Positions 18,339-27,486 of a stretch of DNA of 64,000 bases are shown in pieces. The first letter of the stretch is position 1, and the number at the start of each line of letters is the position of its first letter. The stretch covers positions 17,794 through 81,793 of the forward strand of contig JAVJSW010000030.1 in NCBI GenBank assembly GCA_040219255.1, read 5' to 3'. The stretch comes from Sumerlaeia bacterium. Its GTDB lineage: Bacteria; Sumerlaeota; Sumerlaeia; SLMS01; JAHLLQ01. Below the pieces are notes generated by a model. That model searched no databases and was not told where the DNA came from. It saw only the letters and a program-made list of their open reading frames with translations. The position numbers were made by a program, and so were the translations under genes.

Positions 18339-19766
18339 ATGCGCGTGGGTTTAGTCACGTTGGGTTGCGACAAGAACACTGTCGACAATGAGTATCTGGC
18401 TGGGTTGCTGGCCAGCGACGGCCACAGCATCGAGGTCGCGACGGAGTCGAACCCGCCGGACGTGGTGGTGATCACGACGTGCGGGTTCCTGGCGTTGGCG
18501 CGGGATCAATCGCTCGAGTCGATCCGCGATTGGGCGAAAATCCGCGCGACCCACGGGACGCGGCTCGGCGTGATCGGATGTCTGGCCCAGCGTGCCAGCG
18601 AGCAGCTCCTGCGCGATTTTCCTGAGATCGACTTCCTGGCGGGCGTCGGCGATTTCGAGCGCGTGGCGCGCCTCGTCGCCGGGGCCAACAAGAGCCGATT
18701 CCTGCAGCCCGTCGGCGCCGGGGCCGAGAACGGGCCCTGGGACCTCTCGTCACAGAGTGCGACATCCGTCTCCGACATCGAGTTCGACGATCGCGAATTC
18801 ACTCCTGACGCGCCCCGGGTGCTGGTGCCGAGGACCCTGCCGCGCCAGCGCATGGACCGCCGGCCACACGGGTTTCTGAAGATCAGCGATGGCTGCAATC
18901 ATACCTGCACGTTTTGCAGTATTCCGCTGATGAAGGGCGTTTACACCAGCGTGCCGCGCCAGACCCTTCTCGACGAAACGCGGCGGATGCTCGACGATGG
19001 CGTTCGCGAAATCAACATCGTGGCCCAGGACATCACCAAGTATGGCCTGGACACGGAGAAAAAGCTGGCGCTGCCGGACTTGCTGCACGAGCTGTGCGCC
19101 ATTGAGGGCAAGTTCTGGCTGCGGCTGTTCTACCTCTACCCGTCCACCGTGACGCGGGACTTGATCGCGCTGATGAAGGAAGAGCCGAAGATCGCGCGTT
19201 ACCTGGACATTCCGCTCCAGCACCTGGACCAGAACGTTCTGCGGCGCATGAAGCGCCCCCACGACCGCGAGCGGACGATGGATTTGCTGCGCCGCGTCCG
19301 CGAAGAGCTGCCCGAGGTGGCATTGCGGACGACGTTCATCGTGGGCTTCCCGGGGGAAACGCCCGCGGAGTTCAAGACCCTGACGGACGGCGTGAAGGAA
19401 ATCAAATTCGAGCGCCTCGGGGTGTTCGCGTACTCGCGCGAGGAAGGGACGCCGGCCGCCGATCTGCCGAATCAGGTGACGGAGAAGGTGAAGCTGCGCC
19501 GCAAGGACAAGCTGATGAAGCTGCAAGCGAAGATCAGCTCGGACTGGGCTTTCGACCAGATGGGCACGGTGCGGGAGGTTCTGATCGAGGGCCGGGTGCC
19601 GGACAGCGAATGGTACGTGGGCCGCAGCCACAGCGAAGCGGCGGACATCGACGGGGTGGTGCGGGTGATCTCGCCGAAGCGCGAATTGAAGACCGGGGAT
19701 TTCGTGCGGGCCGAAGTGATTGAGGCGAGCACCTACGATCTCACCGCCGAAGTTCTTGACGCCTAG
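18339..19766 (+). CDS. rimO: Ribosomal protein S12 methylthiotransferase
   Basis: LGCDKN.VD, TCGFL, KISDGCNHTCTFCSIP, YLDIPLQH, LRTTFIVGFPGET, TRAM domain. Confidence 0.93.
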   Translation: MRVGLVTLGCDKNTVDNEYLAGLLASDGHSIEVATESNPPDVVVITTCGFLALARDQSLESIRDWAKIRATHGTRLGVIGCLAQRASEQLLRDFPEIDFLAGVGDFERVARLVAGANKSRFLQPVGAGAENGPWDLSSQSATSVSDIEFDDREFTPDAPRVLVPRTLPRQRMDRRPHGFLKISDGCNHTCTFCSIPLMKGVYTSVPRQTLLDETRRMLDDGVREINIVAQDITKYGLDTEKKLALPDLLHELCAIEGKFWLRLFYLYPSTVTRDLIALMKEEPKIARYLDIPLQHLDQNVLRRMKRPHDRERTMDLLRRVREELPEVALRTTFIVGFPGETPAEFKTLTDGVKEIKFERLGVFAYSREEGTPAADLPNQVTEKVKLRRKDKLMKLQAKISSDWAFDQMGTVREVLIEGRVPDSEWYVGRSHSEAADIDGVVRVISPKRELKTGDFVRAEVIEASTYDLTAEVLDA

Positions 19767-19825
19767 GGCGCCTTTCGCGCCAAACGTCTGTTGGAACGCC
19801 TCGCCTGATTCCGGAAACCCAATCC

Positions 19826-20173
19826 GTGCCCTCCAAGAGAAAACGCCGACAGACGCAGGAATCGCGGCTCGCCCTGATTGGCAGCGTGCTGATTCTGTTC
19901 GGCATCGTGTTCCCCGTGGCTTTCACGCACATCCTGGGCGACATGGAGGCGGGGCCGACACGTCAGTCGCTGACGATCGCGCGCGACGTGCTCTTGCTGC
20001 TGTTCCCCATCGGGTTCATTTGCCTGGTGTTCGGGATGGCGATGCAGGGCAGCCGCCAGCGCCGGCGCCACCGCGGGCCGAGGCGCCCCCAGAGCCACGC
20101 TTCGCCGCTGCCTCCGCGCCGTCCGAAGCCTCGTAAACGCAAGGCTTCGCCGTCGCCTCCCTCACAGGATTGA
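19826..20173 (+). CDS. Hypothetical 2-TM membrane protein
   Basis: Two hydrophobic helices flanked by basic segments. Confidence 0.5.
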   Translation: MPSKRKRRQTQESRLALIGSVLILFGIVFPVAFTHILGDMEAGPTRQSLTIARDVLLLLFPIGFICLVFGMAMQGSRQRRRHRGPRRPQSHASPLPPRRPKPRKRKASPSPPSQD

Positions 20174-21067
20174 GTTGGGAGGCGGGCTTTCGGCGGGGGC
20201 GGTTTTCTTTTCCTCCGCCGCGGGGATGACCGCGGCGGGTTTTGGTGCGTGGAAGGCGTAGAGGAATCGCCGCATGATGGCCTGTTCGATGCGGCCTTTC
20301 GCGCGGGCGGGCACGGGCATGCGCACGAGCAGGTTGATGCGGCCGGGTTCGGGCGTGATGAGAGATACGCGGGGGTCCGCGTTGGGGGGCTCGAGGCCGA
20401 ACTCCAGGCTGGCGCGCCGCAGGTGGTTTCTCGCCGTTTCGAAGTAACTGGAGCACTCCTCCTTGGCGGCCTGGAGAAGAAGACGTTCGGCGCGCTGCCA
20501 GTCCTCGTCGATTTTGATGGGGACGCTGAAGGAATGCAGGACGTAGTCTTCCGTGTAGGTTTCGTTGACCACCGCCTGGGTCAGGAACAGCGAATTGGGC
20601 AGTGTGATCGAACGGCCGGTGTGCTGGTGGCTGGTGGCGCCAGGGCCGATTTCCAGAATCGTCGTCGTCAGGAACGTGCGGTCCACCACGTCGCCCCGTG
20701 TCGTGCCGACTTCGATGCGGTCGCCGACCTGGAACGAGTCGGAAATGTTGCGCAGGACGGCGCCGCTGATGCACATGATCAGCTCTTTCGTCGCGATCAC
20801 AATGGCGCCCGCCACCACCACGAACGACACCGCGATCGTGCGCAGCCCTTCCGCCCAGATGATCCCCAATCCCACTAACATCAGCAGGAGCGAGGAGTTG
20901 CGGATGTTGACGACGAAGCGGCGCCGGTCCTCCTGCGAGAGGCCCTCCTTCTTCTGGACCCGCCGCAGCGTGATCCACCGCACCAGCCAGATGGTCAGGA
21001 TAAAGAGAAGGGACTGGACAGTGGCGCCAAGGTACTGGTGCTCTTTGAGATACTCGTAAATGGCCAA
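20162..21067 (-). CDS. MscS-family mechanosensitive channel
   Basis: Three TM helices; IVIATKELIMCISG, FQVGDRIE, GDV.D, PNS. Confidence 0.85.
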   Translation of the reverse strand: MAIYEYLKEHQYLGATVQSLLFILTIWLVRWITLRRVQKKEGLSQEDRRRFVVNIRNSSLLLMLVGLGIIWAEGLRTIAVSFVVVAGAIVIATKELIMCISGAVLRNISDSFQVGDRIEVGTTRGDVVDRTFLTTTILEIGPGATSHQHTGRSITLPNSLFLTQAVVNETYTEDYVLHSFSVPIKIDEDWQRAERLLLQAAKEECSSYFETARNHLRRASLEFGLEPPNADPRVSLITPEPGRINLLVRMPVPARAKGRIEQAIMRRFLYAFHAPKPAAVIPAAEEKKTAPAESPPPNSIL

Positions 21068-21133
21068 GGGTCGGGGCTTCGAAGTGGGATGGCACTTGTC
21101 CGCAACGCGGAAGCCGCACCTTAAGCCAAGCCT

Positions 21134-22246
21134 TTACAAGCGATCAAACACTTTGTCGTAACCGACCAGTTCGACGTAGCCTTTGCCGGTGGCGGGCGCG
21201 CCGCGCCAGGTGCCTTCGACCGTCACGGCGCCTTCCCAGTAGTTCGTGCCGGTCGATTGCTCGGTCAGCATTTCCTGGTCTTCGAAACGGGGCAGAACCC
21301 GGAGAGCGCCGTCGAATTGCGGCACTTCGATTTCCCAACCCATCGGATAGACGGCGCCGGTGTGGGGGCTGGTCCAGGTGCCCGTGGGGCGGATGTCGTA
21401 GGCGCTCTTTGGCAGGAGGGTTTTCTCGCCCCCTGGACCGACAAGGGTGCCGATGGACTGCGGATTGAAGGTGCCGTCGGCCCGCCGCAGGCCGTACACC
21501 ATCAGGTCTTCGCCGTTCGCGAGCTGAAGCGCGAACCAGTCCCATCCGACTTCTTCGCCAGAGAGCTGGTCGCTGCCGAATTCGTGATCGAACCAGGACA
21601 GGCCGCGGACCGCGTAGTCCTCGCCGCGCCAGGTCAGGGTGCCCTCGGTGTTCAGCCGCGTGTAGGTGATGTAGTGGCTGGCCTGGCCGGGGTCGCTGGC
21701 TTTCTGATGCACGCCGTTTTCGCCATGGATGACGAAGGGCTTGGCGGGCGAGAGGCGGAAATCGAGAGCCGCGCCTTCGACCTCGGCGGTCAGGAGAATC
21801 GTCTCGTCCGGCTCCATGCGGACCGCCAGATCGCCGACGCGGACGTCGAGGCGGTCGGTGGCGCCATGGGCTTGGCCGAGGCCTTCGCGGCCGACCGCTT
21901 CCCAGTTCTCGTGGGCCTCGTTGGTGATGTCGCTGATGGCGAAATGGCCCAGGAAGACGTTGCTTGGCACCAGGGGCGAGGCGCCCGCGCGAGGATCGCC
22001 CGGCGGGATCAGGCCAGTGCGGAAGATGGTCAGTTCATAGCCGAAGGGGCGTCCGCTCTCGGTTTCCAGGTTGCCGGTGAAGTACCACCACTCGGTCTGG
22101 AAATCCGGGTGCGACCCGTGGTCGCGGGGGAACTCGTAGGCGAATCCGGGGAGGGCGCGCTGGAAGCCTTCGCTCCTGACGGTTGCGGGGAAAAAAGAAG
22201 CTAAACCCAACAGAATCAATAGTGGAGCGAAGGCGAATCGGGTCAT
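21134..22246 (-). CDS. AttH/CrtC-like secreted lipocalin-fold protein
   Basis: FPRDHGSHPDFQTEWWYFTGNL, SWFDHEF, GWDWF.L, YWEGAV, GY.ELVGY. Confidence 0.9.
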   Translation of the reverse strand: MTRFAFAPLLILLGLASFFPATVRSEGFQRALPGFAYEFPRDHGSHPDFQTEWWYFTGNLETESGRPFGYELTIFRTGLIPPGDPRAGASPLVPSNVFLGHFAISDITNEAHENWEAVGREGLGQAHGATDRLDVRVGDLAVRMEPDETILLTAEVEGAALDFRLSPAKPFVIHGENGVHQKASDPGQASHYITYTRLNTEGTLTWRGEDYAVRGLSWFDHEFGSDQLSGEEVGWDWFALQLANGEDLMVYGLRRADGTFNPQSIGTLVGPGGEKTLLPKSAYDIRPTGTWTSPHTGAVYPMGWEIEVPQFDGALRVLPRFEDQEMLTEQSTGTNYWEGAVTVEGTWRGAPATGKGYVELVGYDKVFDRL

Positions 22247-22860
22247 GGGAGAGGAGCGAGCTTGTCGTAGCCCGCGTTGGGGCCGTAGGTGATGTCGCCG
22301 GGGCTGACGGTGCCGTTGGTCGGATCGTAGGGCATGCCGGAATCGGGCCCTTCGCCATCGGGGCCGCGGCTGTGGAGGCGATAGGGGCCATACACGCGGC
22401 GCATCTGGCTGAACTGGGCGAAGCGGTTCGCCGAATCCACTGCGCGCGCCAGGGCGTAATCCCAGTTCACGTAGAGGTATTCGGTCTCTTTGCGGTCGCC
22501 GCCGCGCTCGGCGAGGAAGGGGTCCTGGGGCATTTGGGTGATGTAGGAAATGGGCGAGGTGATGGGGTTTGGGCCGTTGAAGGGGGGCGACGCGCCGAAG
22601 CCGGTGACCTGGCCACCGATGTGGAAGGCCAGCGCCGTGCCGTCGTAGTGATAGGTGGGATATTGGTTGTTATCGACGCGGTAGGTTTCGAGCGCCGTGA
22701 CAACGGTGCGCAGGTCGGCCTTGGCGCGCGAGACCTTGGAACGCACTTGGGCCTGCAAGAGGTTCGGGATGGCGATGGCGGCGAGAATGGCGATAATGGC
22801 CACCGTGACCAGGAGTTCGATGAGGGTGAAGGCGGGGGACTTAGCGGGGGATGAGTTCAT
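22243..22860 (-). CDS. Prepilin-type N-terminal cleavage/methylation protein (GspG-like)
   Basis: A|FTLIELLVTVAIIAILAAIAIPN; C-terminal YDPTNGTVSPGDI; SD GGAG. Confidence 0.85.
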   Translation of the reverse strand: MNSSPAKSPAFTLIELLVTVAIIAILAAIAIPNLLQAQVRSKVSRAKADLRTVVTALETYRVDNNQYPTYHYDGTALAFHIGGQVTGFGASPPFNGPNPITSPISYITQMPQDPFLAERGGDRKETEYLYVNWDYALARAVDSANRFAQFSQMRRVYGPYRLHSRGPDGEGPDSGMPYDPTNGTVSPGDITYGPNAGYDKLAPLP

Positions 22861-22938
22861 AAGTGGACTCCAGAGCGGGGATTTCTTCGTCGCTGAAATC
22901 AGGTTTAGAACCAAAGTTTAGGAATCGCGCAACCATTT

Positions 22939-25524
22939 TCAGCGAACGCCCATCATCGACCTCCCGTTGCCCCGGTTCACCGCTTCGCGCGCTGGGAGCA
23001 CGGAGGCCGCAAGGGTCGCGCCGAAGACGACGAGGGCGATCTGGCCGATCAGCAGCCACGGAATCTCATACTGGATGGTCCAGCCAAAGCTCTGAATCAT
23101 GATGACTTTCGTCAGAATCCACGACAAAGCGAGACCGCTCGCCACGCCGAGGACCACCCCCACGAAGCCCAGCAGCGCCGATTCCAGAGCGATCATTTTC
23201 GCGACTCGGCCCTTGGACGCGCCGACGTACCGCAGCGCCAGAATCTCGTCGGCGCGGTCGAGAATCTGGGCGAAGAGCGTCGTGGCGACGCCCAACACGG
23301 CGACGATAATCGCAATGAATTGAAGAACGTAGGTGACGCCAAAGGTGCGGTCGAAGGCTTCCAGGGCATAACCCCGCAGTTCGCTGTTGGCGCTGATGCG
23401 AAGCGGCGGAACGGTGCCGAGTTCGGCGGCGGCGCCTTCGATGGCCCGCCGGGCGGCGCCTGGGTCGGCGCCATCCTTCAGATAAACGGCCACGCTGTCG
23501 ATGAGGGGGTCATCGAAGAGCTGGAGGTACAACTCGCGGTCCATGATCGCGTAGCCCTGTTCCGAGCTGTAATCGTAGTAAACCGAGGCAATGACGAACT
23601 CGCGCAGGCCCCCGGGCGTCGGGACCGCGACGGTGTCGCCGCGTTCCAGGCCGCGTTTGCGGGCGAAGGCTTCGCTGACGATGAGCTGATCGTTGGCTTT
23701 GGCCTCGCGCAGGACTTCGGCCATGGGCCGACCGTAGATGTCCTCGTTGCTAAAGCGAGCCGCCTCAAGCCTACCCGCGCCCAGAAAGGCGGGTGCGCCC
23801 ATCAGATCCATGCGCCTCGTGCGGAACGGATCGACAAACGCCACGCCGTCCAGCGCCTCAATGCGATCGGCCAGCGCCGCGTCCATCGGCTCGGCGCGGG
23901 CCACGGCGGACGGAGCGCGGGGGCTGACGTAGAGGTCGGCTTGCAAGACCTGCTGCATCCACACGACCACGGTGTCGCGGAAACTGGCGACCATGACGCT
24001 GACGCTGATGGTCATGCCCAGGCCCAGCATCAGGCCGCCAATCGCTACGCTGGCGCGGCCCAGGCTGCTCTGGGTGCTGCTGATGGCGAGGAGGCCCTCG
24101 GCGCCGAAGAGCCGCGCGTAGGGCGCCTTGGCGGCGCGGCTCAGGCCATCGAGCAACCCCGGCACCGCGCACAGGAACGCCACCACGAAGGCAAGAGAGG
24201 CGGCGTAGCCCTCGATCGGCAGGCCCGGCCGGGGATCGAGGAAGAGGAGGCCGGCGCCTGCCAGGAGGCTTGCCAAGCCGAGCGCCAGCCGCCAGCGCGA
24301 CCGGGGGCGGAGCGTGTGCTCCAGCGAACCGCGCCGCATCGTGTTGGCGGGCGGGGTGGCGGAGGCCTCCGCCGCCGGACCCCACGCCGCCGCCAGTGCC
24401 GTCGCCATGCCGAGGCCGAGGGCGAAGAGGAGCTTACCGGGCGAGAGGGCGAGGCTCTCGGCGTTGGTCTGCACGAAGTTGATGGAGATGGCGGCGCTGA
24501 CGGTGTCGAGGAGCGCGGCGGCGAGGCCAATTCCCCCCACGATACCAAGGACGCCGCCGACGGCGCCCATGAGGAGGCCCTCGGCCAGGAACGCCCAGCG
24601 CACGCGGCGCCGGGAAATGCCCAAGGCGCGGAGAGTTCCGATGACTTCGCGGCGCCGCACGACGGCGATGCTCATGGTGTTGTAGATCAGGAACGCCCCC
24701 ACCAGCAGAGAAATGTGCCCCAGTGCGCCGAGATTGAACCGGAACGCGGCGAGCATGTTGTCCACTTGGGTGCTGCGGGCTTCCGGGCGTTCGATGCTGA
24801 CGGTGGGGGGGAGGAGCCGGGCGAGGCGGTCCTGGATGGTGGCGGTGGGAAGGCCCTCGGTGGTGATGAGGTCGATGCGGTCGAGCCTTCCGCCACGCCG
24901 CAGCAGCAGATCCGCGTTACCCAAATCCATGACGGCGACGTTTCCGCCGAGGGCTTCGGCGTAGGTCGAACCGCGCACCACGCCCGCGACGAAGACTTCG
25001 GTCTCGAGCCCCAAGACGCGCAGCCGCGTGCGCTCGCCCAGGGCAAGGCCCGCGCGGTTGAGGAAACCCTCGGCGAAAATCATCGCGCCGGGTGAGGTGA
25101 GAAGATCGGTAAAGCCAACGTTTTCAGCCAGCTGAAAGCTCAGATCGCGCACTTCCTCCTCGCCACCGGGGGCGAGCAGATCGACAGCCAGGAGGGTCAG
25201 CGTTTCGGTGCTTCCTTCGGCGGGGACGAACGTGGCGGTGCCTTCGATCAAAGGCGCGACCGCTTCGACGCCTTCGGCCTTCGCCAGAGTCCGCGTCAGC
25301 GCCGGGTCGATGCCGGCGCCATTGCCGCGAACGGTCAAAGTCGCTCGGCCGGCGACGTCGCTGACGGTGCGTTTGAAGGACGCGACGGCGCTCTCGTTGG
25401 CGAGATCGATGGCCACGAGGACCGCGACTCCGAGCGCCACTCCAAGAATCGTCAGGAGTGTGCGCCCGCGCTCGTGTCGCAGGTAGCTGCCGATCAAGGC
25501 CTTGAAAACGGGAAAGCGGCCCAT
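22939..25524 (-). CDS. ABC transporter permease, duplicated MacB/FtsX (AttF/G-like)
   Basis: RTLLTILGVALGVAV, LIYNTM...RRRE.GTLRALG, SFGWTI. Confidence 0.9.
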   Translation of the reverse strand: MGRFPVFKALIGSYLRHERGRTLLTILGVALGVAVLVAIDLANESAVASFKRTVSDVAGRATLTVRGNGAGIDPALTRTLAKAEGVEAVAPLIEGTATFVPAEGSTETLTLLAVDLLAPGGEEEVRDLSFQLAENVGFTDLLTSPGAMIFAEGFLNRAGLALGERTRLRVLGLETEVFVAGVVRGSTYAEALGGNVAVMDLGNADLLLRRGGRLDRIDLITTEGLPTATIQDRLARLLPPTVSIERPEARSTQVDNMLAAFRFNLGALGHISLLVGAFLIYNTMSIAVVRRREVIGTLRALGISRRRVRWAFLAEGLLMGAVGGVLGIVGGIGLAAALLDTVSAAISINFVQTNAESLALSPGKLLFALGLGMATALAAAWGPAAEASATPPANTMRRGSLEHTLRPRSRWRLALGLASLLAGAGLLFLDPRPGLPIEGYAASLAFVVAFLCAVPGLLDGLSRAAKAPYARLFGAEGLLAISSTQSSLGRASVAIGGLMLGLGMTISVSVMVASFRDTVVVWMQQVLQADLYVSPRAPSAVARAEPMDAALADRIEALDGVAFVDPFRTRRMDLMGAPAFLGAGRLEAARFSNEDIYGRPMAEVLREAKANDQLIVSEAFARKRGLERGDTVAVPTPGGLREFVIASVYYDYSSEQGYAIMDRELYLQLFDDPLIDSVAVYLKDGADPGAARRAIEGAAAELGTVPPLRISANSELRGYALEAFDRTFGVTYVLQFIAIIVAVLGVATTLFAQILDRADEILALRYVGASKGRVAKMIALESALLGFVGVVLGVASGLALSWILTKVIMIQSFGWTIQYEIPWLLIGQIALVVFGATLAASVLPAREAVNRGNGRSMMGVR

Positions 25525-25528
25525 CGGG

Positions 25529-26296
25529 TCAGGCGGCTCCCTCAGCGTCGTCGCCGGAAACCACCTGCCCGTCGCGCATGCGGACGACGCGGTCGCTGGC
25601 CTGGGTGGCGGCGAGGTCGTGCGTCGCCATGAGGACGGTGGCGCCGTGCTCCTGGGCCAGATTTCGGATCAGGGCGAGGATGGTCTCGCCGGTGCGCGAG
25701 TCCAGGTTGCCCGTGGGTTCGTCGGCGAGGAGCACTGCCGGGCGGTGGATCAGGGCCCGGGCGAGGGCGACGCGCTGCATTTCACCGCCAGAGAGCTGGC
25801 TGATGCGGCGGGCGCCTTTGCCGCCGAGGCCCACTTCCTCCTCCACGGAGGCGGCGGCGGCGTCGGCGTCGCGGGCGGGGCGGGATTGGAACAGGAGGGG
25901 CAGCGCGATGTTCTCGCGCACCGTCAGGTTCGGCAGCAGGTTGAAGAACTGGAAAACGAAGCCGATGTGGCGGAGGCGGAACTCGCTGCGCTGCTTGTCG
26001 GTCAGGCGGGCGAGGTTCTGTCCCGCCACGGTCACTATCCCCGCATCGGGTACGTCGAGGCCGCCCACCATGTTGAGAAGTGTGGTCTTGCCGCTGCCGG
26101 AGGAGCCCATGAGGGAGACGAACTCGCCGGGGCGAACGTCGAGGGAGACGCCGCGCAGGACCGGGACGGGAGGCTGGCCTTTGCGTTCGGTGCCGTAGCT
26201 TTTCGAAACATCGCGAATCGAGATGGCGGGAGACGGAGCCGATTCGGCGGCGGGCTGGGGGGCGGGGGCGGTATCGGCCGCAGGGGGCATGGGCAA
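25529..26296 (-). CDS. ABC ATP-binding protein (LolD/AttE-like)
   Basis: GSSGSGKTT, LSGGEMQRVALARA, LADEPTGNLD, ATHD. Confidence 0.93.
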   Translation of the reverse strand: MPMPPAADTAPAPQPAAESAPSPAISIRDVSKSYGTERKGQPPVPVLRGVSLDVRPGEFVSLMGSSGSGKTTLLNMVGGLDVPDAGIVTVAGQNLARLTDKQRSEFRLRHIGFVFQFFNLLPNLTVRENIALPLLFQSRPARDADAAAASVEEEVGLGGKGARRISQLSGGEMQRVALARALIHRPAVLLADEPTGNLDSRTGETILALIRNLAQEHGATVLMATHDLAATQASDRVVRMRDGQVVSGDDAEGAA

Positions 26297-26558
26297 TTCC
26301 TGTTACGCGGGGCGGTTAGGTCGGGCAATGGCCTCGCGCGCTCGGGCGAGGTTCCGTCCGATCTCTGGCAGGAGCGGATATCGGACCAAGCGGGCCTGAT
26401 CGATTTGCGCCGAGGGCCGCCGCGTTTTTTTTGTTTTGACGGCGAAGTTAAGGCTGTTCCGCAGATCGTCTCGAAAACAGGATTGCGAACATGGGCCGGG
26501 AAAGGAGAAGCCTTCGGAGATTGATCTCCTACTCCCTGGTTCCTCATTGGATTCGGCT

Positions 26559-27464
26559 ATGTCTTTCCGGCCCGCCTTCGTCTTCCATCCCGACTACGAG
26601 ATGAACATCGGCAAGCACGTTTTTCCAACGCAGAAGTTCCGGCTCATCAAGGAGCGGCTGATCTATGAGGGCGCGCTGACGGAGGGCGAACTGCTGGAGG
26701 CGCCGAAGGCGTCGGAGGCGGAACTGCTGGCGGTGCTGGAGAAGGATTACCTGAAGGATTTGAGAAGCTACCGGCACACGTCGCGCACGTCGCGGAGCGA
26801 ACTGCCGATCTGCGAGTCCATCGTCGAAGGCTGCGCGACGACGGCGGGGGGGACGCTTCTGGCGGTGGAGAAGGCGATGCACTGCGGCGGAGCCTGTCAC
26901 ATCGGCGGGGGGTTCCATCATGGCTTCGGCGATCACGCCGAGGGTTTCTGCTACATCAACGACGTGGCCGTGGCGGCGGCGAACGCCAAAGCCCGGGGAT
27001 GGGCGCGGCGCATTGCCGTGATCGATACGGATGTCCATCAGGGCAACGGGACGGCGCGGATTTTTTCTTCCGATCTCGATGTGTTCACGTTTTCCATTCA
27101 TCAGGAACGGCTCTATCCGTTCGTCAAGGAAGCGAGCGACCTGGACATCGGCATGCCGCTGTTCGCCGGCGACGAAGCGTACCTGGACGCGCTGACGCAG
27201 GCGGTGGAGCGGGTGCTGAAGGAGCATCGGCCGGAGCTGGTTCTCTACGTCGCGGGGGTCGATCCCTATCGCAACGATGTGTTGGGATCGCTGGGGATCA
27301 GCTACGAAGGGATGGTCCGGCGGGAGCAGATCGTGCTGGGCGCGGCCATCGCGGCGCATGTGCCGTTCGTGACGATCACGGGCGGGGGCTACGCGCGCGA
27401 CGTAACCGAGACGGTGGCGTTGCACGCCGAGACGATCATGACCGCCATCGAACTGTCCGCCTGA
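26559..27464 (+). CDS. Histone deacetylase family protein
   Basis: GGGFHHG, GFCYIND, D.DVHQGNG, GVDP, GGGY all intact. Confidence 0.92.
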   Translation: MSFRPAFVFHPDYEMNIGKHVFPTQKFRLIKERLIYEGALTEGELLEAPKASEAELLAVLEKDYLKDLRSYRHTSRTSRSELPICESIVEGCATTAGGTLLAVEKAMHCGGACHIGGGFHHGFGDHAEGFCYINDVAVAAANAKARGWARRIAVIDTDVHQGNGTARIFSSDLDVFTFSIHQERLYPFVKEASDLDIGMPLFAGDEAYLDALTQAVERVLKEHRPELVLYVAGVDPYRNDVLGSLGISYEGMVRREQIVLGAAIAAHVPFVTITGGGYARDVTETVALHAETIMTAIELSA

Positions 27465-27486
27465 GGGGACCCGGAAAAGCCGACTT

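Noticed and set aside
18339-19766. Radical SAM gene as the maturase for the YxxP peptide
   Set aside because: It has the UPF0004-rSAM-TRAM architecture of RimO, with no SPASM or RRE domain.
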